A stretch of 64,000 nucleotides of DNA, taken from positions 106,332,001 to 106,396,000 of the forward strand of contig CM052817.1 in assembly GCA_028534125.1 (NCBI GenBank). Reading direction: 5' to 3'. The number at the start of each line of letters is the position of its first letter. Position 1 is the stretch's first letter. The notes beneath the pieces were generated by a model. That model was not told the DNA's origin. It saw nothing but the letters and a program-made list of their open reading frames with translations, and did no database searches. Position numbers and translations under genes: made by a program. Shown piece after piece: positions 38,400-51,820 of the stretch. The stretch comes from Lama glama. Lineage: Eukaryota.

Positions 38400-38810
38400 C
38401 GCACTCCCTAGATTTGAGTTTTCACCCTGGGGCCTTTCACGCTTTGGGAAATTTTTTGCTAACTAAAAAGGAGAAACAGTTTTCTTTTCCAATTCAATAA
38501 GTTATTGAAAATTTTTTTGAAAATGAGACTTAATTATTTCTCTCATCTTTTTTTTTGCAATACCTTCCTTTGACACCAAAAGAAGGCAATTAACATTTTC
38601 GAAATTCTGCCTGAAATTCTTTTTCATCAGATCCATAGGTCCATTGAGTAGATTTTCTATCTCCCAAGTTACCAAAGGCAATATTCTTCCAATTGTTCCA
38701 TTATGGTATAAAATATCTCCCTTTCTCCAGGGTGCAATAGTAATATATACTCATTGAACTTCCCAGGCTTTTTCCAACACTCAGTCCCAAAACTAATGCT
38801 ATAATTTTTG
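38400..38810. mobile_element. Ancient MLT1-type MaLR fragment
   Basis: ccataggtccattgagt...ctcccaagttaccaaaggcaa...tcagtcccaaaactaatgc resembles old MLT1 (H-J) sequence. Confidence 0.45.
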
Positions 38811-39417
38811 TAAGTGAGGTTAGACATACTTTTCACATGCTTTAATTTTCCCTCTTTTTTTTTTTTTTAGGAATGATTTGTTCTCATCTTTCACCTGTTT
38901 TTCTGTTGAGCTGTTCACTGTTTTCCTCATTGATTTGTCCTAGCTATATTTCTCTCATGTATATTGCCTTATATTTGTTGTTCAGGAAATAGCTTTCAAA
39001 TAACAAGTGTTGCCCACAGTTTAAGTAGAAAAGCCAGCCAATAATGTAGGTTGTTTCCTTAATTGGAAAGTTTGACATTTAAAAAATACATCTAGAATTC
39101 TTATAACACAAAAAAGATACATCAAATAGCTGTATCTTTTAAACTTAAAAATTAAGAATATGTCCAGCTGTACTGGTGATAGAATTTCAAAAGTGAGCTT
39201 ATCACATGAGAAAGAATATCTACTTCTTTTTGCAAGGGTATGAAAACTTGGAGTTACAAATCTAGTATTGGAGCTCAAGGAAGTGGTGATCCTGTTTACT
39301 TTCTGAATTAGTAAGTTCAGCTGACTAATATTTATATTTCATCATTCAGAGTTTCTCATACTTATTTCTAGCATATCAGCAAATATTTATTAAGTAGCTT
39401 TAGAACTCCCAGGAACA

Positions 39418-39584
39418 TTTTAACAGCTTTATTGAGGAAATCAATAACCAAAATCTGCATATATTTAATGTATATGATTTGATGAGCTTAGACATATGTA
39501 TACATCCTGGATACCATTACCACAATCAAGGTAATTGACATATCCATCACTATCAGAAGTCCCTCATGTCTCTTGGGTTTCGTC

Positions 39585-39617
<33 letters not shown>

Positions 39618-39832
39618 ACATGTGCGTGTATGTGTCTGTGTGTGAGGGATAAGAGCACAGAACAGGAGGTCTATTCTCATAACAAACTTTTAAGTGTACA
39701 GTACAGTACTGTTAACTATAGGAGCTGTGTTGTGTAGGAGATCTCTAGAATATATTCATCTAGCAAAACCGGACCCATTGAACAACTCTTCATTTTCCCC
39801 ACTCCCATCCCCTGGCAACCACCACTCGATTC
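39418..39832 (-). mobile_element. L1MA/L1MB 3' end containing a (TG)n tract
   Basis: acagctttattgagg...catatatttaatgtatatgatttgatgag...tactgttaactatagg...atctctagaa...cccctggcaaccacca; (TG)n at ~39585-39611. Confidence 0.85.
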
Positions 39833-40551
39833 CACGGAACTCCAAGAAACGTGGATATATACCACAGGGTGCCAGTAACTTAAAATCACACTAACTATGT
39901 AGCAAATACTTACATAGAGAAAGTGAAATGTCATGACAGACCATGGACATGGTTAAAGATGTAGACTCATTCTAAAAGAAAGATTAAATGAGTTCTCAAC
40001 ATCACAAAGAGTTTGGGTATACCCGCTATATGATAAGGAACACACAGCTTGTCCCAAATCAATCTTTTTTTGCCTTACCTGCAAGCTAAATATACTCTCA
40101 TCTCTTAATGTGCTGGAAAGAGAATATGTTAGCTTCCTGCTATTTTCCTGAAAGTTTCAACAGAGTAATTAACTTAGTAGTTTTGAGATTTTGAAATCTA
40201 CACCACTATTATCTGCAATATTTTAGTTTAAGTTTTTAAATAAAGAAATTTATAGAAATGACATACACATATAAACAAAAGTATAACATAGATACTATAA
40301 CATATATATATGACTTCTTACTTTTATTCCCACATTGCTCTCGTTAAGACAATGACTATTTATCATAAAAATAAAATGGTCTTGAAATATTCACACCTGA
40401 TTAATTATTTGTTCTTCTTTTCTTATAGTTCAGTTTGAAATTCCTTAAATGCAAATAATAAACTTGTAATTCAATAGATGTAGAAAGAAAGGAGAACTTA
40501 AATAACTTGGGATTAAAAATCTTAGAAAACTATTAAAAGAAGGAATTTCCT

Positions 40552-41050
40552 TGTAATAGTTATCCATTGCTGCCTGATAAATTGATCCTAAATTTCCAGC
40601 TTAAAGCAGCAAACATTCATTATCTCATATAATTTCTAAAAGTCAGGAATCTGGATAAGATTTACTGGGTAGTTTTGGCTTAGAGTGTGTCTGAAGGTTG
40701 TGGTCAAACTGTTAGCCCAGTAGCACAGTCATCTAAAGGCTTAACGTTGCTGGAGAATCCTCTTCACAATCAATCACATTGGAGGGTGTTGGTCCCTTCC
40801 TGGCTGTTGGCTGGAGGCCTCAGATTGTTGACTTATGAATCTTTCCATAAAATATATCACTTCATGGCAGCTGGCCTCCTTAGGAGCAAATAATCCAACA
40901 GAGAGCTTTTACTTTAACCTCCAAGTCACTTCTGCCATATTCTATTCATTCAAAGTGAGTCAACATGCCCAGCCCACACTCAAAGAAAGAGACGCACTCA
41001 AAAGCTAAATATATATGGATTATTGAGAGTCAACTTAGAAGCAAGGAAAC
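40552..41050 (-). mobile_element. MLT1F-like MaLR solo LTR
   Basis: tgtaatagttatccattgctgc...gcttaaagcagcaaacattcattatctca...gtcaggaatctgg...cacttctgccatattctattcatt. Confidence 0.8.
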
Positions 41051-41127
41051 ATAGTCTTTAATTGTATAAAGATGAAATGTTAGAGCAAAAATCATGCTCA
41101 ATAATGAATTACGTGGAGTTTTCACTC

Positions 41128-41632
41128 TGTGATGGTTCATTTCGTGTGTCAAGTTGACTGGGCTAAGGTCAATGCCCAATAACTGGTAAAATCTTATTCC
41201 TGGGTATGTCTATGAGGGTGTCTCCAGAAAAGATTAGCATTTCAGTCAGCAGACTCAAGAGAAGATTGCCCTCACTGATGCTGATGGACATCATCCAATT
41301 TTGGGGGGACTGAATAGGATAAAAAGGTGAAGGAAGGGCACATTTGCTCTCTCTACTTGAGCTCAGACATCCTTCTCCTCTTGCCCTTGACATCAGAGCT
41401 CCTGGTTCTTAAGCCTTCAGACTCAGATTGGGAATCAGACCATTGGCCCTCAGACTCAGGCTGAATTTCTCCACTGGCTTTTCTGATTCTCTGATTTGCA
41501 GATGGCAAATCCTGGGACTTCTAGACTTTAAAGACGCATGAGCCAATTTCTACAATAAATGTTCTCTTTATCTATTACATATGTATATCTGTCTTATTGG
41601 TTCTGCTTCTCTTGAGAACATCAACTAATACA
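41128..41632 (+). mobile_element. MLT2B-like ERV-L solo LTR
   Basis: tgtgatggttcatttcgtgtgtcaagttgactgggcta ... aataaa ... attggttctgcttctcttgagaac..actaataca; full TG..CA element. Confidence 0.9.
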
Positions 41633-41659
41633 CTGTTTGGCATCAGGAATGAACTATAA

Positions 41660-42780
41660 TGCTCCCAGTCATCACTTCTGCCCAATATTGGACTGGAAGT
41701 TCTAACCAGTGCAATAAACAAATAGAAAAGGCATAAGGATAAGAAAGAACAGAATAAAACTGTCATATGTATATAACACAAATAGATCATTTACAATACC
41801 ATTAAAGGGCATAAAAATCTAGAAATTTAAAAGTTTAGAAGATGTGTGTGATCCCTGCACTAAAATGATCTATTATGGAGATAAATTAATGAAGACTGAG
41901 ATAAAAGGAGGAATGTTCTAGTCCCCTTCATTGCAAAACTTAAGATTGTAAAGTAGCAATTATTTCCAAATTGATTTGCCTGTACTATGCAATCTCAGCC
42001 AAAGTATCAGAAGTTTATTCCTTTAAAAATCAACAAGTTGATTCTATTATTTAATACATGGAAATGCAGGTAAATTTAAAGAGAATGAATATGACTGGAA
42101 GACTAATCAAATTATAACAAGACTTATTTAGCAATGTATATTAAACAGTGTAGTATTTGCACAAGGATAGAAAATAGATCAAGAAGCTGAACAGAGAGCC
42201 CAGATGCAGACACTTCATCTGACTGATTGTAAAGTTGATACTGAATGACAGTAGAGTCGTTCTTAGTCAATTGGATATTCCTTTAAAAACGAACTTGGAA
42301 AGACTCTTGACCCCCTACCTCACAATAAAAGATACATGCAAGCAGTTCATAGCAGAATTATTTTTTAATAACAAACAAAATAAAATGCATATCCCTGAAC
42401 CCCAGTATAAGTACACGGAAATATATTATTAAAGCAGAATGTCACACACAGCAATAAATCCTAATATAATACAATTCTGTGCCAGACTGACTCTCGCACA
42501 CATACACTGAGTGAAAGAAGCGAGAAACAAGAGTATATAGTTCATTCCACTTGTACAAAGTTCACTAATAGAAAAATTAATCAGTGGTGTTGTAAATTGG
42601 ATTGTGGTTATCTTTGGTGCGGGAGTGGAGAATGGAAAGAAATTCAAGGTGGACTTCTGAATATCAAGTCATTTTTGTTTGATTTAGTTAAAAAACCTTA
42701 AATGCTTATTACAAAGCATATTCACTCCACAGGTTTGATTTCTACATGCTTATATGCGAGCATTATTCTTCAATAAAATT
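41660..42780 (+). mobile_element. Ancient L1ME ORF2 fragments and 3'UTR
   Basis: actggaagttctaaccagtgcaataa; aacagtgtagtatttgcacaaggatagaaaatagatcaa; actgagtgaaagaagc; the end reads ttcaataaaatt. Confidence 0.75.
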
Positions 42781-44694
42781 GTCCAAATTGGCTTCTTTTG
42801 TAAAGGCTGGAAAAAAGATTAATACCTGAGAATCATATAATTTAAAGGGCCTATCTTTTGCAGCAGTTTGAATTTTTAGTTTATAGCTTATATAAAAAAA
42901 TCTTGCTAATAATTGTCACTTCAGAAAATTTAAAATATTCATGTTTTGCTTATATCATCAGGTAAAATCAGTAAATACGAATAATTCTGGAGAAAATGTG
43001 TCACTGTACCACTTTGAATGAACAAAGAAATAATTCTGAAATAATAAAAAAGTAGTGACTCCCTGTCACATTTTTAGTGTTCTTCTAGACTTTTTTTAAT
43101 GTAAAAATCTGCAGACACTTCATAAATTAATTACTATAATATATAAGGTATTCCATTGTGGAATTAGGCTATTTGAAATGGGGTTCAATTAGGAGGAGAA
43201 CATATTCAATTTAAGTAATGCCAGTTCTAGAAAACTAAAGGTACAAAATCAACTATCCTACGTGCACATCATGGAAGGAAGTATGCTATTTGGAAATAAT
43301 GATGGTTACGGAAAGTATAGTATTTGGAAATTATTAGGTTTAGCAAAGGATAGTGGGAGATTATTTGGTGCAACATAGTAAAAAAGGCACAAAAATCAAG
43401 GCAAATTGGTTTACAGTGTTTGGATCTGGTGAATATTTCTACTTCTTGCAAGGAACTTGGGAGTTACAGGGAAGAAAGCACTCATAGATGAGAATATAAT
43501 GAAAACTAAAAGTAATGGGAGCAATAGAAAAGTTCAGATAAAGTTCAGATAATACTTAATCTGGAGAGGAAATAATTGACCTTTTTTAAATCAATCATTA
43601 AATTGGTGCTATGTCTTGAGAAATGGCTTATCTTACATATGACTGTCACGTGGCTCTAACAATGGAGATTAGAGGAACATGGGTCCAGGGTTGCATTGGA
43701 ACATGGTGATTAAGCTGGGTCATGACATTGACCCTTGACCAGATGCATTACTCTACTGAGAACACTGTTCTCTTTGTCCAAATGGGACGCACCACTCACA
43801 GAAATTGGTTAGTTTACTTTGTAATCTTTCTGAATGACCTAATTTTTTTTATTTCCTATGTTGTATATCAGAGTTGTCTTAATACTAGCTTATAAACATG
43901 ATTGACAGTCTTTTATCAGTGCTTTTATGAAGTTACTTATCATGAAGCATTAACAAATTGTTAATAACATTCCACAATTTGCTGCTATTAAAAGAAACCC
44001 AGCATCTTATGAGCAAAGCTATGTATTAGGGGCCTTTTTATTCACAGGTAGAGCATTAATAACTAGCTTGCATGTTGAATTAATAATTTTTATCTTCACC
44101 TTGAGAATAATGTCTTTGCCAAATTTCACAGTGCTTATACATTAAGAATAATTTCAATTATAAATTTAGTTTTTTTTGTTCAGTTATATCGGCCAAAGAA
44201 ACAGAGTGATATTGTTAACAATCGCTGTAAATCTGAATATTTTCTTCAACAACCTTGACTTCAAATGCAGTAGCAAAGTAAGGTTCATTTCTTATCCTAG
44301 AGCCCAAGGCAAATCTTAGCTCACCTGACTGATCTTAAGATTAAATCAGTATATCTACTTACAAGCAACACTGCCAGAACATTGATCTGATAATAAATAA
44401 TGTAGCTTGTACTTGAAGGCCATGGAAGTTTCCTTCTGCAACATCTTAAAGTACAATTTTCTCAGTCTCCAAGGAAATGTGATAGCCAAATTGCTCAAGT
44501 GAAAAAATAGTTACAATGGAGGTAAAATAGAACAGGTATTTCACACATCTCATCAATATCTTCTTTAATTCAAGACCTGAGAATACTTTTACATGATATG
44601 GGTAGTCAGTAATTTTTCTAAATTATGAATATAATAAAAGTACAAGCTATTCCTCAAAATATAATTATGTATTTTGAAATTAAAAATAAAGAAC

Positions 44695-45470
44695 ATAATA
44701 ATAGTGCCCCTTTACTGAGCACATACAGTGTGGGTTTCATATACAGTAACTCTTTAATTCTCATATGGTAGGCAGAATTCTAAGATAACCATCAACGACT
44801 CCTGCCCTTGTATAATTCCATCCTCCTAAGTGAGAATGGAACCTATGCATATGATGGACATCTCTCAGGATTGTGTTACATGGATTTTGTAGACGCAATT
44901 AAGGTCCCTAATCAGTTGCCTTTGAGTTAATCTAAAGGGAGATTATGCAGATGAGCAAGACCTGTTTAAGTGAATCCTTAAAACAGACGAGCAGTAACAT
45001 AAACTCTACTGCTGGACTACGTGAAAGCAAACAGCCCTTGTGAACTGTCTCTGGAGGGTCTAGGCAGCCAGGAGCTGAGGGTGTTGTGCAGGAGCTGAGA
45101 GTGAACCCCAGCTGACAGCCAGCAGGAAGAGAGACACCTCAGTCCTACAACCATAAGGAGCTAGGTTCTGTCAACAACCTCAATGACAAGAGGAATCAGA
45201 GATCCAGAGGGGTGTCTCAGGTCCAGCCAAATCATTGGTTTCACTTTCCTGAGAAATGAGCAGTGAGCTCATTCCGATCCATAGAAACTGAGATAACAAA
45301 CTTATGTTACTTTGAAATACTAACTTTGAGGTGATTTATTACACAGCTATAGGAAACTAATATATCTCACAATAGCCTTACACTGTAGATATTATTATCT
45401 TCCTTTAGGACAATAAGAAAACTGACACTCAAAGGGGTTATGTGAAACAGCTGGGATTAGAAAAAGCTCT
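44695..45470 (-). mobile_element. MIR SINE split by an MLT1E-like LTR
   Basis: The left half tttactgagcac...tttaattctca and the right half tctcacaatagcct...tagatattattatc...aagaaaactgacactca join into a reversed MIR. Confidence 0.75.
44764..45364 (+). mobile_element. MLT1E-like MaLR solo LTR
   Basis: tatggtaggcagaattctaagat...aattaaggtccctaatcagttg.ctttgagttaatc...aggaaactaatata; 5-bp TSD tctca (44759-44763 / 45365-45369). Confidence 0.88.
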
Positions 45471-45669
45471 ATTTTTAATGCAAACATACATACCTGTATC
45501 CTCTCCACAGCCACTTTATTGCCTAAATAGTTCACAAAATTTCATTTCACTCAAACATGAATCATCATGTTACTATAATCCTATAAGATAACAAAAATAT
45601 TCCCTGTATTTCAAGGAATAGTGTTAACCTTATAGACTTGTGAAATATGGCAATGACTGATCTTTTCAC

Positions 45670-46284
45670 TGACTCCATGCTTGCTTTTAAAAATCCAGAA
45701 TGTCATATAGTTGGTTTTATATTGTATGTAGAGTATCTGGTGTCTTTCACTTAGCAATATGCATTTAAGTTTTCTCCATATCCTTTCATGGTTTGATAAC
45801 TCATTTTCAGTGCTGAATAATATTCCATTGTCTAGATGTACCACAGTTTATTTATCTATTTCCCTACTGAAGAACATCTAGATTGCTTCCAAGTTTTAGC
45901 AATTATGAATAAATCTGCTATAAACATCCATGTGCAGGATTTTCTGTTGACATGAGATTCAACTCCTTTGGATACATAAATACCAAGTAGCATGTTTGCT
46001 AGATCATATGGTAAGAATATGTTTAGTTTAATAAGAAACCGTTAAACTCTCTTTCAAAGTGGCTGTGCAATTTTGCATTCCCACCAACAATATAAGAGAA
46101 TTCCTGTTGCTGCACATCTATAGTGGTATCTCATTATTGCTTTAATTTGCATTTTCCTAATGATATAAGGTATCACATTACTTACTCCTCTTTTCATATG
46201 GTTATTTGCCAACTCTATATCTTCTTTAAGGTCTTTGGCCCATTTTAATTGGGTTCTTTGTTTCCTTGTTTTAAGTGTCTGAAT

Positions 46285-46315
<31 letters not shown>

Positions 46316-47040
46316 ATAACAATTTTTATCAGATGTATTTTTAAAATACTTTCTATTGATCTGTGGCATGTCTTCTCATTTTTTTGATATTTTCTTTCAC
46401 AGAACAGAAATTTTCAATTTTAATAAAGTCCAGCTTATCAATTATTTCTATCATGGATTGTATTTTTGGTGTTAAATCCTAAAAGGCATCACATACCCAA
46501 GCTCATCTAGGTTTTCTCCTATGTTATCTTCTAGGAATTTTATAGTTTTTCATTTTACATCTTGGCCAATGATCTATTTTGAGTTAATTTTTCTGACTGC
46601 GGTAAGATCTGTGTTTAGATTCAGTTTTTTTTTTATGCATGTGAGTGTCTAATTGCCCCAAGCACCATTCGTTGAAAAGACAATATTGCTCTATTGTACT
46701 GCCTTTGCTCCTTTGTCAAAAATCAGTTGTCTGTATTTATGTGGGTCTCTTTGTGGGCTCTCAATTCTGTTCCATTAATGTATTAGTCTATTCTTTCACC
46801 ATTACCACCCTGTCTTCATTACTGTATCTGTATAGCAAATCCTGAATTCAGGTGGCATCAGTTCTCCAACTTTGTTCATTTCCTTTAATGTTGTGTTCAC
46901 CATTCTGGGTCTTTTACCTCTCCATGTAACCTTAGAATCAGTTTATCAATATCCATAAAATAACGTGCTAAGATTTTGATTGGGATTGCATTGAATCTAT
47001 AGATTAACTTGGGATGAACTGACATTTTGAAAATATTGAG
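45670..47040 (-). mobile_element. L1MB/MC ORF2 3' part
   Basis: Minus-strand ORFs give KWAKDLKEDIELANNHMKR, MQIKAIMRYH and WWECKIAQPL, all L1 ORF2p motifs; (CA)n at ~46284-46309. Confidence 0.9.
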
Positions 47041-48170
47041 GAAGAGTTACTTCTGTACAGGATGTAAGAGAAAATTTTCAGTTATGAGGTGGTTTTTGAA
47101 TAGAACCATGAAAAACCTAAGGACAGATTAAAAATAGGATATCTGGTAAAGTCTGAATACAAAGAAAGGGGGGAAATGCTTGTCATGCTTGTAGAATTTC
47201 AAAGAATTTATTGTGATTGCAATTCACTGAACAGTAGTAATGGAAATAGAAACTGAGGTCAGACGAGTCATGGAGGTCCAAACACTTTGGACTTGAAGGG
47301 CATGTTAAGGACACTGATATTTACCTTGAAAGTAAGGAGATGCCATTGGAGAGATTTGACCACAGAGGTGAAATTATTTGCTGAGAATTGTAAAGTTTCA
47401 TTCTTGCATCTGTCTTACAAATGGATTGTTGGAACAGAAGGAAGAATTCAGGGGAAGGAGGTAAATTAGGAAACTATTATTGTAATCCAAGCAAGAGGTG
47501 ATGGTGCCCTGGGTAAGGATGATAGAGGAGGATGGGTAAGAAAGCTTCAGACTCTGAGGATATTTCAAAGGGAGCATCAAGAATAGATAGATTGAATATA
47601 AGATGTGGAAGAAAGATGGACCTTGCATGGCTCCCAGTTGCTTTTTGTCCTGAGTAACAGAAAAGGATGAAGGAGCTCTTTTCTGAGGTATGTAAGACCA
47701 TGGAGAAGCATTTTTGGAGGTAGAAAAAAGTTTTTAAATGTTTTTTGGGGACACTTCTTATGTTAGAGATACTAGACATCGAAATAGAGGGGTCACATAG
47801 GCAGGTATACACACATCTGAAGTTCATGAGAGAGGTACATACAATTTGTGAGTCATTGGTACAAAGAGGGCATTTAAAGCCGAAGATTGAATGGAAACTC
47901 AAAAGGTGAGAATGCAGAGATGAGAGAACACGTGCAGTCTGAATCCTGAGACATCAAAGTGATGAAGTAAAACCACCAAAGAAAATTGAGAAGGAGCAGC
48001 CATTGTGGCAAGGAAACTAGTAGTAGTTTTCCAAAAGCCATGAAATCACCTTGATTTATGAATATTCACTAACATCTGTCAGGCTGGTGGAGCAGGACCT
48101 CTGAGAGTGATGGGTGGAAAGTCAGAACAAGGTGAGAACTGAAGGCAAGTCCAAACAAGGCACTATATTT
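47041..48170 (-). mobile_element. L2 LINE fragment
   Basis: Reversed L2 motifs: attgtaatccaagcaagaggtgatggtgccct; atctgaagttcatgagagagg; gggcatttaaagcc; gagaaggagcagcca. Confidence 0.8.
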
Positions 48171-49599
48171 TCTGAAAGCAAATTCTTTTCTATATTGCAG
48201 CTGGGGTATGTCTCGAGGTTTACCAGCACTCTCATTTTTGCTCTTTACATTAAAAAAATATAGTCTTCCTTTTGATTATTTATAATGCTGAATTTTGAAG
48301 ACCCTATTTTACAAGTATTGTTGACTTAACTCTCACCATTTAGTGGCTCATGTCTTCTATCTGACCTCCATGTGTTATGACTTTGAGGCTTAGTAACATT
48401 TTGATTCTACTTACCTATCTGGTTTGAATGAAACGATATGGAAATTTGAATTGATTTTTTTGATGAATTGTCTGAGGATGAACTGAAGGTTATGACCAAG
48501 TCTAAATAATGAGGTCTTTTCATCTTATGCACCTCATTTAACCACTAACCCTTCAAAACTAACCTAAAATAATAATAATGTCAAAATAATGGTATACATG
48601 TAGTTGCCCAAAATGCCTGATTTAAGCTATAGAACATGTATTTCCACCAATACTCTAGTCAAATACAAATTTATGTGATTTTCAAAGAAAATATATGAAC
48701 TCTTAAATATTAAAAAAAGTATCTGCAGTTATGGTAGGTAAGCTTTTTAAAGCAATATCTCTATATCTTACTGTAAGGCATGATACTGACTTTTCAAATA
48801 TGGTTCTTATCATCTAACATGAAAAAAATAAATAGTGTAGAATTGACCTGGGAATTAGAAATTCAGACCAAGCCTTAAATATGCAACAAGTTTAGGCTAT
48901 AATCCTGAATGATGCACTTAACCTATTTCAAAAAGAATTGAGCAAAAGCAGCTATCACAAGTCACACCTCTGCCAGTGCCTAAAGGCAGAACTCTATGTA
49001 TTTATGCATGAGTAAAACATTTGATATTTTGAATCTACACCACTTCATAAATATAGTCTTATGAATTAAAATCTGAAATCTTAGGTATTTCACAAGTAAT
49101 GCAATCAGAAACAGCAAAGCCTGTTTAGTAGATCCTTAAAAAATGTACAAACATATATCAAGGCACAAATTAAGACATCCATGGTAGCATGCCCTGAGTT
49201 TGGGAGAGCTCTGTACATCTTTTCAAGTGAATTTATCATTTTTAGGTATATATTTTCATGATATAATCTGAATGAGCTCTCCTCATCAAGTGTCTCAACT
49301 ATGTAGCTTTTTATCACAACAATAACACTTCTAATTCGCTAGAGTGAGCTGTACATCCTTAGTCAAAAAGAACTGGTCAGCCATATTCCTTTCTGTGGTA
49401 GATACTGCCATAATCTCTCAGGCACCACCATCATCCATGCTCTTGAAACTCTACAAAAAACATTTGGCCATGGGGACTTTCCAACATAGACAAAGTAAAT
49501 CACTTAGTATAATGAAACCTCACATACCTATCTCCTAACTTTAATAACCCAATACTCTTGATTCATCAATACTTAATGCCAATTTTAAGCTCCTCTACT

Positions 49600-50398
49600 T
49601 AATTTTTACTATTTTATAGTATTTTTTTGAGGTAAAATTGATGTGCATTGAATTTCACACATCTAGACTGGATAATTTAACAAACGAAGATACATATTTC
49701 ACCCAAAGCCCTAACTAGCTGGTGAACATTTCTATGACTAGAAATTTTTCTCATGGCCCTAACTGGTCCAAACCTCCCAAAAGAAGCAACCACTTGTCTG
49801 ACTATTTTCACTCTGGATAAGCCTGCCAGTTCAAGAGTGTAATTGGAATTGAATCAGCTCTGCTTCTTTGACCCAGCATACTGTCTAAGAGTCATCCCTG
49901 TTGCTGCAGACAGCTGTCCTTGCATTCCACCACCATTTATGAATCCATTCCTCCTGTTAATGGATTGTTTGAAGTCAGGGTTGCTCATAAATAAAGGGCC
50001 TATGAAAATCCTCATATATAATTGTTTGACTAGAAATACATTTTTATACCTCTTGGATTAAAATATCTAAAAGTAGAATTTCTGGCTCAAATGGTAAGTT
50101 GATGTTTGATGTTAAAAGAAACTTTCATAATGTTTTACAAAGTGTCTATATCATTTTATATTCCTAACAGCCATAGATGATATTTTTGTTAACTTCCTAT
50201 CTTAGCCAACATTATGTATTTGCCAATTTTTTATTTAAATAGTTTTATCGAGATGTAATACAGGTACTGTAAAATCCACCCATTTAAAGTGTTCTATTCC
50301 ATTGATTTTGGTATACTTTCAGGGTGATGTGTAATAAAAAGAAAGACTCCATTTTCAATGTTTGACCTGAAAGTTTGTAAATACTACTTTTACCCCTT
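49600..50398 (-). mobile_element. Old L1 3' fragments (L1ME, plus an L1MB-type 3' end from ~50230)
   Basis: tttgaggtaaaattga...; tagaatttctggctcaaatggta; tagttttatcgagatgtaat...cacccatttaaagtgt. Confidence 0.7.
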
Positions 50399-50898
50399 NN
50401 NNNNNNNNNNNNNNNNNNNNNNNNNNNNNNNNNNNNNNNNNNNNNNNNNNNNNNNNNNNNNNNNNNNNNNNNNNNNNNNNNNNNNNNNNNNNNNNNNNNN
50501 NNNNNNNNNNNNNNNNNNNNNNNNNNNNNNNNNNNNNNNNNNNNNNNNNNNNNNNNNNNNNNNNNNNNNNNNNNNNNNNNNNNNNNNNNNNNNNNNNNNN
50601 NNNNNNNNNNNNNNNNNNNNNNNNNNNNNNNNNNNNNNNNNNNNNNNNNNNNNNNNNNNNNNNNNNNNNNNNNNNNNNNNNNNNNNNNNNNNNNNNNNNN
50701 NNNNNNNNNNNNNNNNNNNNNNNNNNNNNNNNNNNNNNNNNNNNNNNNNNNNNNNNNNNNNNNNNNNNNNNNNNNNNNNNNNNNNNNNNNNNNNNNNNNN
50801 NNNNNNNNNNNNNNNNNNNNNNNNNNNNNNNNNNNNNNNNNNNNNNNNNNNNNNNNNNNNNNNNNNNNNNNNNNNNNNNNNNNNNNNNNNNNNNNNNN
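50399..50898. other. Assembly gap (500 N)
   Basis: N run. Confidence 1.
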
Positions 50899-51635
50899 CA
50901 GAGCACGGGCTGGGTCAGTCCTGGCACGACAGCCCAAGTTCCACACAGCTCCTGAGCTACAGCTTCCACCTGCATCCATCATGGCTGCCCTCATCCTGTT
51001 CAGATGTAGTGCCAGTTCTGAGCTGGTCCTGTCTCCCACAGCTACACACTACCCTGGGCCATGTCAGCCTTTGTCCTAGTGGGGAGCTGTGCTGTGGAGC
51101 AAAAGGGGTTAGAGTGAGCCCTCATCATGGGCCAGGGTACAGCCTGGGGCAGTTGGAAGAAACCAGCCAGAGTCCCAGAGAGTCTCAGTCTTCTTCCTCT
51201 GCCTCATTCCGGGAGCAGGTAAGCACGTGCGCACTCTCCACAAGTGGAGTCCAAGTTTCTCACAGCCACCCTGCCAGTCCCAATGGTCTTTATGCCAGCC
51301 TATGGGCTTGTCTTCCCAGTGCTGGCCCAAGGGTTGGGTTGAACTTGCTGAGGGGTACGTGGTTTGAACCACTCACCCCCAGCAAGTGTCTCTGAGCCTG
51401 TGTGATACCCCCTTTTCTGTAGGCCCTCTGAAAAGTTCTGGTCCCAACCGGATCACTTTTCTTCCCTTCCTACCTGAATGCACGTGGATCTTTCTTGATA
51501 GCCTCCATTGTATAAGAATCTTTCAGACTCCAGTTTATTTTCGGTGTTAATTGCTTTACATGTAGATGTAATTTTGATGTCTTCATGGGGGGAGTTGAGT
51601 ACAGCATCCTCCTACTCTGCCGTCTTGATCTCCTC
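50899..51635 (-). mobile_element. L1 5'UTR including the element's 5' terminus
   Basis: GC-rich; the minus strand begins gaggagatcaagacggcagagtagg (YY1-type CAAGA(T/C)GGC start). Confidence 0.8.
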
Positions 51636-51639
51636 AGCC

Positions 51640-51820
51640 TGTACCACGTGTTCTTTATCCACTCAACCATTGATGGGAATTTAGATTGTTTCCGTATCTT
51701 AGCTCTTGTAAATAATGCTGCAGTGAACCTAAAGGGTATCTCTTTTTGAGTTAGTGTTTTTGTTTTCTCCAGATAAACGTATAGAAACAGAATTGCTGGA
51801 TCATATGAAAATAGAAATTC
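51640..51820 (-). mobile_element. L1 ORF2 C-terminal fragment
   Basis: ORF 51470..51889 contains YDPAILFLYVYLEKTKT..FTAALFTRAKIRKQSKFPSMVEWIKNTWY. Confidence 0.85.

Noticed and set aside
38081..38500. 139-aa ORF
   Set aside because: It lies over LTR and MaLR-like sequence with no protein-family features, so it is likely a chance ORF.
43528..43552. Short tandem duplications (aaagttcagat x2; similarly tgaacttgaaa x2 near 58040)
   Set aside because: These are ordinary slippage duplications with no further structure.
47477..47902. 141-aa minus-strand ORF
   Set aside because: It falls within a decayed L2 element and is not a host gene.
50284..51395. The longest ORFs in the track (206-345 aa)
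   Set aside because: They span the 500-N gap; the real-sequence parts are L1 3' fragments and L1 5'UTR read in chance frames.
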